Assembly (NCBI GenBank): GCA_024405515.1
Contig: JAKSOR010000004.1
Coordinates: 1-53,800 of the forward strand
DNA from: Clostridia bacterium
GTDB lineage: Bacteria > Bacillota > Clostridia > Christensenellales > CAG-917
DNA: 53,800 nucleotides
Reading direction: 5' to 3'
Shown piece after piece: positions 33,867 through 42,379 of the stretch (position 1 is its first letter; each line of letters starts with the position of its first letter). The notes below the pieces were generated by a model. That model was not told where the DNA came from. It did no database searches and was given only the letters and a program-made list of their open reading frames with translations. A program made the translations under genes and the position numbers.

Positions 33867-34148
33867 TTAGTCAACAACTCCAACAACGAATGCGATAATT
33901 GCACAAATCATAATGAATATGAAGAGTCCGATTGTTACCTTCTTTAAGACACCCTCTTTGTTTTTATCTTTATTTCTTCCGTAGAATGTATCTGAAGCTC
34001 CGGTAATTACTCCGACGTTATCATTAGTTCCGCTCTGCATCATAACAACTACGATGATTGCGATAGATGCGATAGCCATCAAAATTGTGAATGCCTCGAG
34101 CACTCCCATTCTTACGCTGTATTCAATTGCTGACATTAAGATTCCCAT
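33867..34148 (-). CDS. secG: Preprotein translocase subunit SecG
   Basis: Two TM helices with linker MMQSG...GVITGASDTFYG. Confidence 0.92.
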   Translation of the reverse strand: MGILMSAIEYSVRMGVLEAFTILMAIASIAIIVVVMMQSGTNDNVGVITGASDTFYGRNKDKNKEGVLKKVTIGLFIFIMICAIIAFVVGVVD

Positions 34149-34175
34149 ATCTAATCCTCCTGGAATTACTTTAAG

Positions 34176-34204
34176 ATTCTAGCATAGCAGTATATATTTT
34201 GCAA
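34176..34204 (-). promoter_or_regulatory. sigma-A promoter of secG
   Basis: TTGCAA-17 bp-TAGAAT with a TG extension. Confidence 0.7.
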
Positions 34205-34375
34205 CTAAATTAATATGAGTATATATACTGTCCTGAGAGCAGCGGTGACTGATTATCCTGCAGCTCTTCCCTCACGCTTTAGCTTCTCATATAAGTGTTA
34301 TGTTTATGTGTTTGGTTTATTTGACACTTTAAGCTGTTTATATAAACGATTTGACAGGTTAAAGTGTATATTCTG

Positions 34376-34813
34376 TTACTGATGCTTCACAGCATACTCC
34401 ATTATGTCAGGCAGTATCCGGGCAAAAATTTTATATGTTTCCCTATATGCCACGATGCCTTTTCCGTACGGATCTGGAACATCTTTTCCGTAAAAAACTG
34501 AAAGCGGCACAATCTTTCTGCTTTTTCCGAAAGCCGATTCTATCCTCTTTTTATGGTCTTCCGTCATAGGAAAAACAAGGTCTGCTTTATCAAAGAGTTC
34601 ACGGCTTAAAGGCTTTGATATATTCCTTGAGTGAGGCACTCTGTTTTCTTTAAGTACCATCTCGGTTTCAGGGCTCATGTCTTTATAGTGGTCCATCATA
34701 CCCGCGCTGTCAGACTCAATATCAAGTCCTAAAGATGATGCATATTCATCCGCCATGAATTTAATCATCGGACTTCTGCACATGTTTCCGGTACACACAA
34801 AAAGCAGCTTCAT
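34376..34813 (-). CDS. Low-molecular-weight protein phosphatase (YwlE-like arginine/tyrosine phosphatase)
   Basis: P-loop CTGNMCRS, DPYG; follows sua5 as in the ywlC-ywlE arrangement. ATG 34813 with GAGGT RBS. Confidence 0.9.
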   Translation of the reverse strand: MKLLFVCTGNMCRSPMIKFMADEYASSLGLDIESDSAGMMDHYKDMSPETEMVLKENRVPHSRNISKPLSRELFDKADLVFPMTEDHKKRIESAFGKSRKIVPLSVFYGKDVPDPYGKGIVAYRETYKIFARILPDIMEYAVKHQ

Positions 34814-35793
34814 ACCTCTTTTCCGCCACACGCCTTCTCAACCCTGTTCATTACGGAAGCTTCAATCCCTGCACCTGTTAGTTTTTCAACTATTATATAT
34901 CCGTACTTCTTTTCCGCCTCATGAAGGGCTGAATAAATATTTCTTGTATAATCTTCAGCTGTGATACCAAGAGAAATTATATTTCTTTCTTTTATAACAT
35001 CCCTGAATATATCCCTTGTGACTATAACAGGATTTAGGCCTTCCTTTTCTTTTATGTCATATTCTTCAACGGATTTTTCCGCAGATGCAGACATGACACA
35101 AGGTACTTTAGGGGCATAATGCGTGTATTTCATACCCGGGGCCTTAGCTATTTTTATTACTTTGCCGTTCTGAAGAACCTCACCTAAATCTTCCGAAAGC
35201 ATTTCGGCAGTCACTGCGCCCGGTCTTAATATAGTCGGGGTATCGCATGTCAGATCCAGAACCGTGGATTCGATTCCGACCATGCAAGGTCCATCATCAA
35301 GAATCAGTTCAAGCTCTCCCTGAAGATCCTCGAAAACGTGCTGGGCAGTTGTAGGTGAAATGTGTTTGGATTTATTAGCAGAAGGTGCAGCAAGAGGAAA
35401 ACTTTTTGAAATAAGTTCTCTTGTGTACACGTTTTTAGGCATACGTATTCCTACCGTCTCCCCTCCAGCAGTCACAACGTACGGAACCTTATCGCTCTTC
35501 TTCAGAATTACCGTAAGAGGTCCCGGCATATATTTGTCAGCAAGCATATAAAAAGCATCCGGTATATCCACCGCAAGGTCCTTAACCTGCTCAATAGAGG
35601 ATATATGAACAATAAGCGGATTATCCTGAGGTCTGCCCTTTGCTGTGAATATTTTCTTTACAGCTTCTTCAGACAGAGCATTCGCCCCGAGTCCGTAAAC
35701 GGTTTCCGTAGGAAAAACCACAAGACCGTCTTCCTTTATTATTCTGGCTCCTTCTTCAATGCCTTCTTTTGCGCTGACAATTTTTGTTTCCAT
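34810..35793 (-). CDS. sua5: L-threonylcarbamoyladenylate synthase (Sua5/YwlC)
   Basis: PTETVYGLGA, KGRPQDNPLIVH, APSAN, APGMKYTHYAP. Confidence 0.96.
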   Translation of the reverse strand: METKIVSAKEGIEEGARIIKEDGLVVFPTETVYGLGANALSEEAVKKIFTAKGRPQDNPLIVHISSIEQVKDLAVDIPDAFYMLADKYMPGPLTVILKKSDKVPYVVTAGGETVGIRMPKNVYTRELISKSFPLAAPSANKSKHISPTTAQHVFEDLQGELELILDDGPCMVGIESTVLDLTCDTPTILRPGAVTAEMLSEDLGEVLQNGKVIKIAKAPGMKYTHYAPKVPCVMSASAEKSVEEYDIKEKEGLNPVIVTRDIFRDVIKERNIISLGITAEDYTRNIYSALHEAEKKYGYIIVEKLTGAGIEASVMNRVEKACGGKEV

Positions 35794-37682
35794 TATTTTA
35801 ATCTATATATGACGTAAGTTACTGTGCTGTCTGTTGATGTGATTTTCTCAAATACAAATACGTCTTTTGTTGATGTTACCGGAGAATAAAGGGTTGCACC
35901 CTGAACCATATTTGCTGACATAAGAATATTTTTCTGTGCATTCGGGTTAAATGTCTTTATGCCGTAATATGTTGTTCCGCCCTTTGTTTCCCTGTACATA
36001 TAAGCACCGATTTTATAGATATAGTTACCTGCTGAAGTTGTTGCTATATCAGAGAGAGATTCTGATAAATCCGACATAATAGGATATTCCTTTCCGTCTC
36101 TTCCGAGTATAACGACTGCAGTCTTTCCTTCATTATCCTTTTCCGCAATTGTATAGAAACCTCTGAAAGATGCAATGGATGTGTATTTAAAATCAGCAAC
36201 TACGTTGCCTTTTGTATCAATAAGACCATAAAGATACTCATCCTCATCATCCGGGTCCTGAATCTGGGCTACTGCTATACCATCTGAAACACTGAGACCG
36301 AGAATATTATAATCTTCATTTATACCGATCTGATTTCCGTCTTTATCATAGAATTTTGCAACACTTGGAAGATATGGCACGTAGTATACACCGTCTGTTG
36401 AATTCATGAGAAGATCAAGTGCTGTGATGTTCTCTCTGTCATCCTGAGTTAATTCCTCACCGTAGTTTCCGGTAAGTGACATTACAATATTAAGGTCTGA
36501 ATCAAGGATATACTGGTCATAGAATCCCATCTTCTTTCCTTCTTCTGTCTTGAAGAGATTGAGACCGTATGAGGCATATGTGTAGCCAGGTTTAAGATAG
36601 ATGCCGGCTACAATGCCTGATGAAGAATTATCGTATGAGTTTGAAAGGTTCATGAAGATTTTGTCTGCGTTGTCTTTATAGACTGAAAGATTATCGCTGT
36701 CTGCATAATATATGAATCTTTCGCACTTATAGTATTCCTTACCATCCGTGAACGTGTAATCCTCGCCTTCACCTACTGTCCAGTCTTTATAGACATAGAA
36801 TCTTCCGCCGCCGATATAAACGATTTCGTAGTAATAATCATTTTTGGTTGATGTTGCCTCAATAACTCCGTTACCTGTTGAAAGTTTTGCAACAGGATCT
36901 GAAGCACTCTCAGGAATTACAAACATATAAGCTGAGTCTGTATTTCCGATAACCGAGATATATCTGTTATCAAAGCCTTTGAAGAAACTGATATCTCCTG
37001 ACGGATTTTTGACATAAGCAACAAGTTTTCCTCTTTCACTGAGTTCACCATCTGAAGTCGGGCGGTAAATTGATGTGTATCCTGCAGTCCCCTGAGTGTC
37101 ATATGCAGAATTTACAGCAATGAGTTCTGTATCAAGAAGTTTGACTGCCTTATCAATCGAAACTGATTTTGCTCCTGTGATTTTCGTTCTTGAAAGGAGA
37201 AGATTTGCATTTTCACCGTATACTGCACAGTCTCCGTTTTTATACTTGACTGCCATTACGTTTCCTTTAACCCTTATTGCGGTGATACCGACTGTAACCG
37301 GGAAGAGCATTCCCTGTGCGCCACCTTCAAAATATACCTTTTCATCATTTAACTTGATTACGGAAAGGCATGTCTGATTTGATGCATCGGTTGTTTTTAT
37401 AATGAATGCATCAAGGGATTTAATGTATCCGACGTCAGAATTTGCATTGGCTTCCTCTGTAGTTGTGGTTGATGAGTCTGTATATACCTGCCATCCGACC
37501 GGAAGCACGGTAACTCTCTCACATCCTGTAAACTCTGCATATGAGTCATTAGCCACATATACGTCAGAAAGTGTAACCTTTGCTTTTTTATCCTTGTTAC
37601 AGGATGCAAAAGTACACACGATTCCTGCTGTGAGTGCAAGAACCACAATAAGTGCTGTTATCCTTTTCACATACTTTTTCAT
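35793..37682 (-). CDS. Hypothetical lipoprotein, beta-rich, with one WG-repeat-like segment
   Basis: Lipobox FASC; YGLIDTKGNVVADFKYTSIASF; TAATG-coupled to both neighbours. Confidence 0.8.
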   Translation of the reverse strand: MKKYVKRITALIVVLALTAGIVCTFASCNKDKKAKVTLSDVYVANDSYAEFTGCERVTVLPVGWQVYTDSSTTTTEEANANSDVGYIKSLDAFIIKTTDASNQTCLSVIKLNDEKVYFEGGAQGMLFPVTVGITAIRVKGNVMAVKYKNGDCAVYGENANLLLSRTKITGAKSVSIDKAVKLLDTELIAVNSAYDTQGTAGYTSIYRPTSDGELSERGKLVAYVKNPSGDISFFKGFDNRYISVIGNTDSAYMFVIPESASDPVAKLSTGNGVIEATSTKNDYYYEIVYIGGGRFYVYKDWTVGEGEDYTFTDGKEYYKCERFIYYADSDNLSVYKDNADKIFMNLSNSYDNSSSGIVAGIYLKPGYTYASYGLNLFKTEEGKKMGFYDQYILDSDLNIVMSLTGNYGEELTQDDRENITALDLLMNSTDGVYYVPYLPSVAKFYDKDGNQIGINEDYNILGLSVSDGIAVAQIQDPDDEDEYLYGLIDTKGNVVADFKYTSIASFRGFYTIAEKDNEGKTAVVILGRDGKEYPIMSDLSESLSDIATTSAGNYIYKIGAYMYRETKGGTTYYGIKTFNPNAQKNILMSANMVQGATLYSPVTSTKDVFVFEKITSTDSTVTYVIYRLK

Positions 37683-38374
37683 TAGAGTATCTCCGTGAAA
37701 TATTGTGTATCTATTTTTATTCCGAGTGAGTCGCGGATTATGTCCGAAAGAAGCATATCCGCTCTCTTTTTCATTTCAAGAGGCACATCCTGTCCCCTGA
37801 AAAATTTTACCGATGTCGCATCTATAAGATAACCGTTCTGTCCGCGGCAGTCCCTGCAGACAATTCCGTCGGCTTCTTTATAGAAGCAGTCTCCCTCTAT
37901 GTCACATCCGCATACGTTGCAGTGTGAGAAATCAAGGTTAAGACCGTTCGTTGAAAGGATTCCTAAAAGGAAATCCCTGATTACATCCGCCGTCTCTTCC
38001 TCATGTGCAAGACGGTTTAAAGATTCAAGGGCCGAGACAAACGCCTTCGGGTTTGGTTCCTGTGACACTTTCTGAAGAGCATCCAGAATAAGTGCTGCCC
38101 CGTAAAACCTTCCTATGTCATAAGTGATTTTTATGAACGGCTCTATCTGTGAGCATTCCGTTATCACATACCTTCCTGATTTTTCCGAAAGCATATAGTC
38201 ACCGAAATTAAGTATCTCGGATGCATATCTGAGTTTTGCCTTCGGTTTAAGGCATCCCCTGGCTACTGCGGTTATTCTGCCTTTGTCCGGGGAGACAAGT
38301 GTCACAAGCATATCAGCTTCGTGATACGGAACTGTTTTTGTGACTATTGCCTTTGTCTTAATCTCATTACCCAT
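37682..38374 (-). CDS. recO: DNA repair protein RecO
   Basis: OB-fold start (KAIV...YHEAD...GRI.AVARG), Zn finger CNVC...CRDC; directly after era. Confidence 0.92.
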   Translation of the reverse strand: MGNEIKTKAIVTKTVPYHEADMLVTLVSPDKGRITAVARGCLKPKAKLRYASEILNFGDYMLSEKSGRYVITECSQIEPFIKITYDIGRFYGAALILDALQKVSQEPNPKAFVSALESLNRLAHEEETADVIRDFLLGILSTNGLNLDFSHCNVCGCDIEGDCFYKEADGIVCRDCRGQNGYLIDATSVKFFRGQDVPLEMKKRADMLLSDIIRDSLGIKIDTQYFTEIL

Positions 38375-39282
38375 CAGTTTTTAAGGTCTTTTATGTTATA
38401 GCCGAGATCTCTTAAAACTAGGTCATTATCTCTCCATTCATCCTTGACTCTTACATAAAGTGTCAGAAATACCTGGCATCCTATCATTTCCTCGAGATCT
38501 TTTCTTGCTCTTGTTGCTATCTGTTTAAGCATACTTCCGCCCTTACCGATAACAATTGCCTTATGGGACTGTTTCTCACAGATGATGTCAGCATCTATAT
38601 CGACAATCTCCTGGTCTTCCCTTTCCTCAAATTTATTGATATACACCCCGATTCCGTAAGGAATTTCCTTATCAAGAAGGTAGAGTGCTTTTTCTCTTAT
38701 GATTTCGGTTGCAATGAACCTCATGGATGAATCTGTGTACTGATCTTCCGGGTACATCGGAGGTCCGAGCGGGATTAATTTTTCAAGTTCTTTAAGAAGC
38801 GGCTCGATATTATCCTGTTTTTTTGCTGACATAGGGATAACTGCCTCAAGTCCCTCTATGTCTTTGAGTTTGTTAAGAGAGAAGAAGAGTGTTTCCTTTG
38901 TAACTGCATCCTCTTTGTTTAAAACAACCACTACAGGAATTTTAGGTGCGTTTTTCTGAAGGAACTCATAATCTTCCTTCTGAAGTCCTTTTACTGCATC
39001 TATTACATAGATGACTCCGTCAACGTCTTTAAGTGATACCTCAACTGCTTTCATCATATATTCGCCAAGGTGATTTCTGACCTGATGGATTCCCGGTGTG
39101 TCTATAAGGATCATCTGATAGTTATCCTTATTGATTATGCCGAGAAGCTTGTTCCTTGTGGTCTGAGGTCTCCATGAAACAATGGAAACCTTCTCACCGA
39201 CGAGCGCATTTGTGAGAGTTGACTTTCCGGCATTAGCCAGACCTGCTATGCAAATAAAACCGCACTTAAAATTATTATCCAT
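38374..39282 (-). CDS. era: GTPase Era
   Basis: GLANAGKSTL, PQTTRN, DTPG, NKED, EIIREK, KH domain VIGKGG. Confidence 0.97.
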   Translation of the reverse strand: MDNNFKCGFICIAGLANAGKSTLTNALVGEKVSIVSWRPQTTRNKLLGIINKDNYQMILIDTPGIHQVRNHLGEYMMKAVEVSLKDVDGVIYVIDAVKGLQKEDYEFLQKNAPKIPVVVVLNKEDAVTKETLFFSLNKLKDIEGLEAVIPMSAKKQDNIEPLLKELEKLIPLGPPMYPEDQYTDSSMRFIATEIIREKALYLLDKEIPYGIGVYINKFEEREDQEIVDIDADIICEKQSHKAIVIGKGGSMLKQIATRARKDLEEMIGCQVFLTLYVRVKDEWRDNDLVLRDLGYNIKDLKN

Positions 39283-39752
39283 TACTGCCTCTTTAATCCC
39301 ACCATATCCATTACGGCTTTCTGGTGACCAATCATTATTTTTTCATCATCAGGTTCGATATGATCAAATCCGAGTATGTGAAGGAACCCGTGGCATGCAA
39401 GAAATCCAAGTTCCCTTTCAAAAGAGTGACCGTATTCCGCTGCCTGCTCCTCCGCTCTTTTTCTGCATATCATTATTGAACCGAGAAACACCCTTTTCCC
39501 GTCCATGTCTTTGACATGAAAACCATCATAAGACACCGGAAGAGAAAGTCTTTCAAAGGAAGGGAAAGAAAGAACATCAGTAACTCTGTCCACTCCCCTT
39601 GCTTCTTTATTGAGTTCATGAATTGTTTCCTCATCAACAACCGTGAGGTCTATCATGAAGAAATTGTCCTGTCCTAAATGTTTGAAACAGGCTTTCTCAA
39701 CTTTTTTTATTAATGACTTTTCTTTAAAGGATGCTCCTGAAAACCTGATCAT
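39282..39752 (-). CDS. ybeY: rRNA maturation endoribonuclease YbeY
   Basis: TDVLSFP, HGFLHILGFDH; start ATG 39752 overlaps the upstream stop (TAATG). Confidence 0.95.
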   Translation of the reverse strand: MIRFSGASFKEKSLIKKVEKACFKHLGQDNFFMIDLTVVDEETIHELNKEARGVDRVTDVLSFPSFERLSLPVSYDGFHVKDMDGKRVFLGSIMICRKRAEEQAAEYGHSFERELGFLACHGFLHILGFDHIEPDDEKIMIGHQKAVMDMVGLKRQ

Positions 39753-41224
39753 TATTTTTTCTTCTTGTTGTAGTCTATTCTTGAATGGTGAATGCTCGGG
39801 AGAACCTCGATTATTGTCTTTTTGATAATATCGATATCGCCCATTGTAATCGGACATTCATCAAACTGGCGAAGAGAAATTTTCTCATCAATAAGTGATG
39901 TGATTCTCTGCTCGTATTCTTCTCTTGTATCAGGCATATAAGCCCTCATTGCTGCCTCGATTGTATCTGCAATCATGATAAGAGCTGCTACCTTTGTCTG
40001 TGGTTTCGGTCCTGCATATTTGTACTGATCCATTGCAAGATCACCCTCTTCCTTAAGGTTAATGGCCTTTCTGTAGAAATAACTTACCGGGCTTGTTCCG
40101 TGATGCTGACGGCAGATATCAACGATTTCCTTCGGAAGTTTGTTCTGTTTTGCAAGAATTTCACCAAAGAGTGTGTGTGATGTGATCATTGATACTGAGA
40201 CCTCAGGAATAAGTTCATCATGAGGGTTATATGTGGACTGGTTCTCTGAGAAATAGATAGGTGCTTTTAATTTTCCGATATCGTGATAATATGCGGCGCA
40301 TCTTGCCATATGAGGATTTTCACCGATTGCCGAAGCACATGCTTCTGCAAGATTTCCAACGACTAGTGAATGGTTGAATGTACCAGGAGCCTCGGAGGCA
40401 AGTCTCTTTAAAAGCGGATGTGATAACTGACAGAGTTCATTAAGTCTGAAGTCATCAGCTATGTTGAAGATGCTTTCAAAGATATAAACAATAGGCATAA
40501 ACACGAGTGCAGCACCTACTGATGCAGCATATGCGTAGAGCACATGGAAGAGAATGTTGATTGAATAATCTTCCATCATAAGTGTCAGAAATACGTTCAT
40601 CGGCTGAACAATAAGCGGTGTGAAAAGAGAAACAAGAAGGTACTTAATTCTTGAGAAATGCTTCTTTTCAAGGAAGTTTACAAGAACTGCACTCATTGCT
40701 CCGATTACTACCGAGCTTACTGCTTCCTGAAGAACTATATCCTCCGGTCTGTTTGTGAATGCAAATGTCACAATGAACATTACAAGCATTGCAGCCGTGG
40801 TAAGTGTTGCTGTTCTTCTGTCTATAAGTTCAATAAGGACAAACGTTGCAAGGCTCAGTGGCATGATATAGATATTCACAAATCCGGAAAGTGATGCACT
40901 TATTACATAAGTAATAAGCATCATTATTGCGGTAAGCCAGTAATCTCTTACGCTTGTGTTCTTTGAACGTGTATATTCATATACACCGCCGAAAAGAATT
41001 GCCATAAGTCCGATTCCTAAAAGCATTCTTCCTATTGTTCCTGCGAGCTGTTCTTCTTCAAAATACTCAGTAAAGTTACCGAATACAAACAGTCCGTAAA
41101 CGGCCATACCCACACCTACGACTACCATAGGGAACAGGCACTTCAGAATTGCATTTCTGAGTTTCTTTCTCTCAAGCTGTTTTATTCTTTCGGCTCTCGA
41201 TAAATCTTTTACGTTATCTATCAT
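39752..41224 (-). CDS. 7TM-HD (HDIG) phosphohydrolase, PgpH/YqfF-like
   Basis: Multiple TM helices, then EAPGTFNHS, YYHDIGK, QHHGT, IADTIEAA; phoH-ybeY context. Confidence 0.9.
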   Translation of the reverse strand: MIDNVKDLSRAERIKQLERKKLRNAILKCLFPMVVVGVGMAVYGLFVFGNFTEYFEEEQLAGTIGRMLLGIGLMAILFGGVYEYTRSKNTSVRDYWLTAIMMLITYVISASLSGFVNIYIMPLSLATFVLIELIDRRTATLTTAAMLVMFIVTFAFTNRPEDIVLQEAVSSVVIGAMSAVLVNFLEKKHFSRIKYLLVSLFTPLIVQPMNVFLTLMMEDYSINILFHVLYAYAASVGAALVFMPIVYIFESIFNIADDFRLNELCQLSHPLLKRLASEAPGTFNHSLVVGNLAEACASAIGENPHMARCAAYYHDIGKLKAPIYFSENQSTYNPHDELIPEVSVSMITSHTLFGEILAKQNKLPKEIVDICRQHHGTSPVSYFYRKAINLKEEGDLAMDQYKYAGPKPQTKVAALIMIADTIEAAMRAYMPDTREEYEQRITSLIDEKISLRQFDECPITMGDIDIIKKTIIEVLPSIHHSRIDYNKKKK

Positions 41225-42207
41225 ATTTCCTCCGCTCCGGCATCAGCATCCTTGATGCGTGCCTTTTCGGCTTTTTCATAAGCTTTGATTATTTTTGTTA
41301 CAAGTTCATGTCTCACAACATCTTTAGATGAAAATTCGACTATTTTTATTCCGTCCACATCCGAAAGGACTTCGGTTGCATCTTTAAGTCCTGATTTAAT
41401 GTGACGCGGAAGGTCTATCTGTGTTATGTCTCCGTTAACGACAATCTTTGAGTTTTCTCCCATTCTTGTAAGGAACATTTTCATCTGTTCACAGGTTGTG
41501 TTCTGTGCCTCATCAAGAATAATGAATGCATTTGAAAGCGTTCTTCCTCTCATATATGCAAGAGGTGCGATTTCAATTGTGCCCTTCTCTATCTGCTTTA
41601 AATAGGCATCTTCACCCATCATTTCCTGAAGTGCATCAAAAAGAGGCCTTAAATACGGGTCAACTTTTTCCTGAAGGTCTCCAGGTAAAAATCCGAGTTT
41701 TTCACCGGCCTCGACAGCAGGTCTTGTGAGAATAATTCTGTCTATCTGTTTGTTTTTGAAAGCACTGACTGCCATTGCAACTGCAAGATATGTCTTACCT
41801 GTTCCAGCAGGTCCGACTCCGAAAACAATTGAATTATTCTGGATGGCATCAACATATTCCTTCTGTCCGAACGACTTCGGTCTGATGATTTTGCCACGGG
41901 ATGTGATGCAGACTGTGGAAAGAAGATCATTTGCATCAAAGGATTTTCCTGCAAGTGTGTACTCAATGACCATATTCACCATATTTGCCTTAAGAGGTTC
42001 CCTGGATGAAAGTGTCTCAAGTGCATCAAGTGCCCTGACTGCATTCATTACATTAATCTCTTCACCGCAGATATTAAAAGACTGTGAACCTGTGAACACA
42101 ACTACCGAAAACGCTTCTTCAATACGCTTAACGGTCGAATCAAGTTCGCCGAATACCGTAATCATTGAATCGTATGATTTGAAAAATTTTTCCTTTGTAA
42201 CCTTCAT
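41221..42207 (-). CDS. phoH: PhoH-family ATPase
   Basis: GPAGTGKT, RPAVEAGEKLGFLPG, YMRGRT, DEAQN, GDITQIDLP. Confidence 0.96.
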   Translation of the reverse strand: MKVTKEKFFKSYDSMITVFGELDSTVKRIEEAFSVVVFTGSQSFNICGEEINVMNAVRALDALETLSSREPLKANMVNMVIEYTLAGKSFDANDLLSTVCITSRGKIIRPKSFGQKEYVDAIQNNSIVFGVGPAGTGKTYLAVAMAVSAFKNKQIDRIILTRPAVEAGEKLGFLPGDLQEKVDPYLRPLFDALQEMMGEDAYLKQIEKGTIEIAPLAYMRGRTLSNAFIILDEAQNTTCEQMKMFLTRMGENSKIVVNGDITQIDLPRHIKSGLKDATEVLSDVDGIKIVEFSSKDVVRHELVTKIIKAYEKAEKARIKDADAGAEEI

Positions 42208-42258
42208 TTTTACCCTTTCTAGACCAAAGTCTAGAATGCTGCATTATAGTATTTTATT

Positions 42259-42287
42259 ATATTAGCACAAATTGCCATTCATGGCAA
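42259..42287 (-). promoter_or_regulatory. Promoter of the phoH operon
   Basis: TTGCCA-17 bp-TAATAT with a TG extension. Confidence 0.55.
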
Positions 42288-42379
42288 ACGGGTATAATAT
42301 GCATTTGATTCCAGTCAAAGAAAAGAGGCACACTTCCGTATACCTCCCGACGAATTTTCCGTATTTCTAAACGCGCGAA

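Noticed and set aside
34205-34375. 6S RNA, tmRNA or SAM riboswitch near smpB/met genes
   Set aside because: I could not find their hallmark sequences; kept only as an unassigned structured region.
39753-39857. Extended N-terminus of YbeY, and the longer ORF-track starts for pnp, pgsA-like, dnaB, the phosphatase, DUF975 and paralogue 2
   Set aside because: Downstream ATGs have proper RBSs or stop/start coupling; the extensions overlap neighbouring genes or regulatory DNA.
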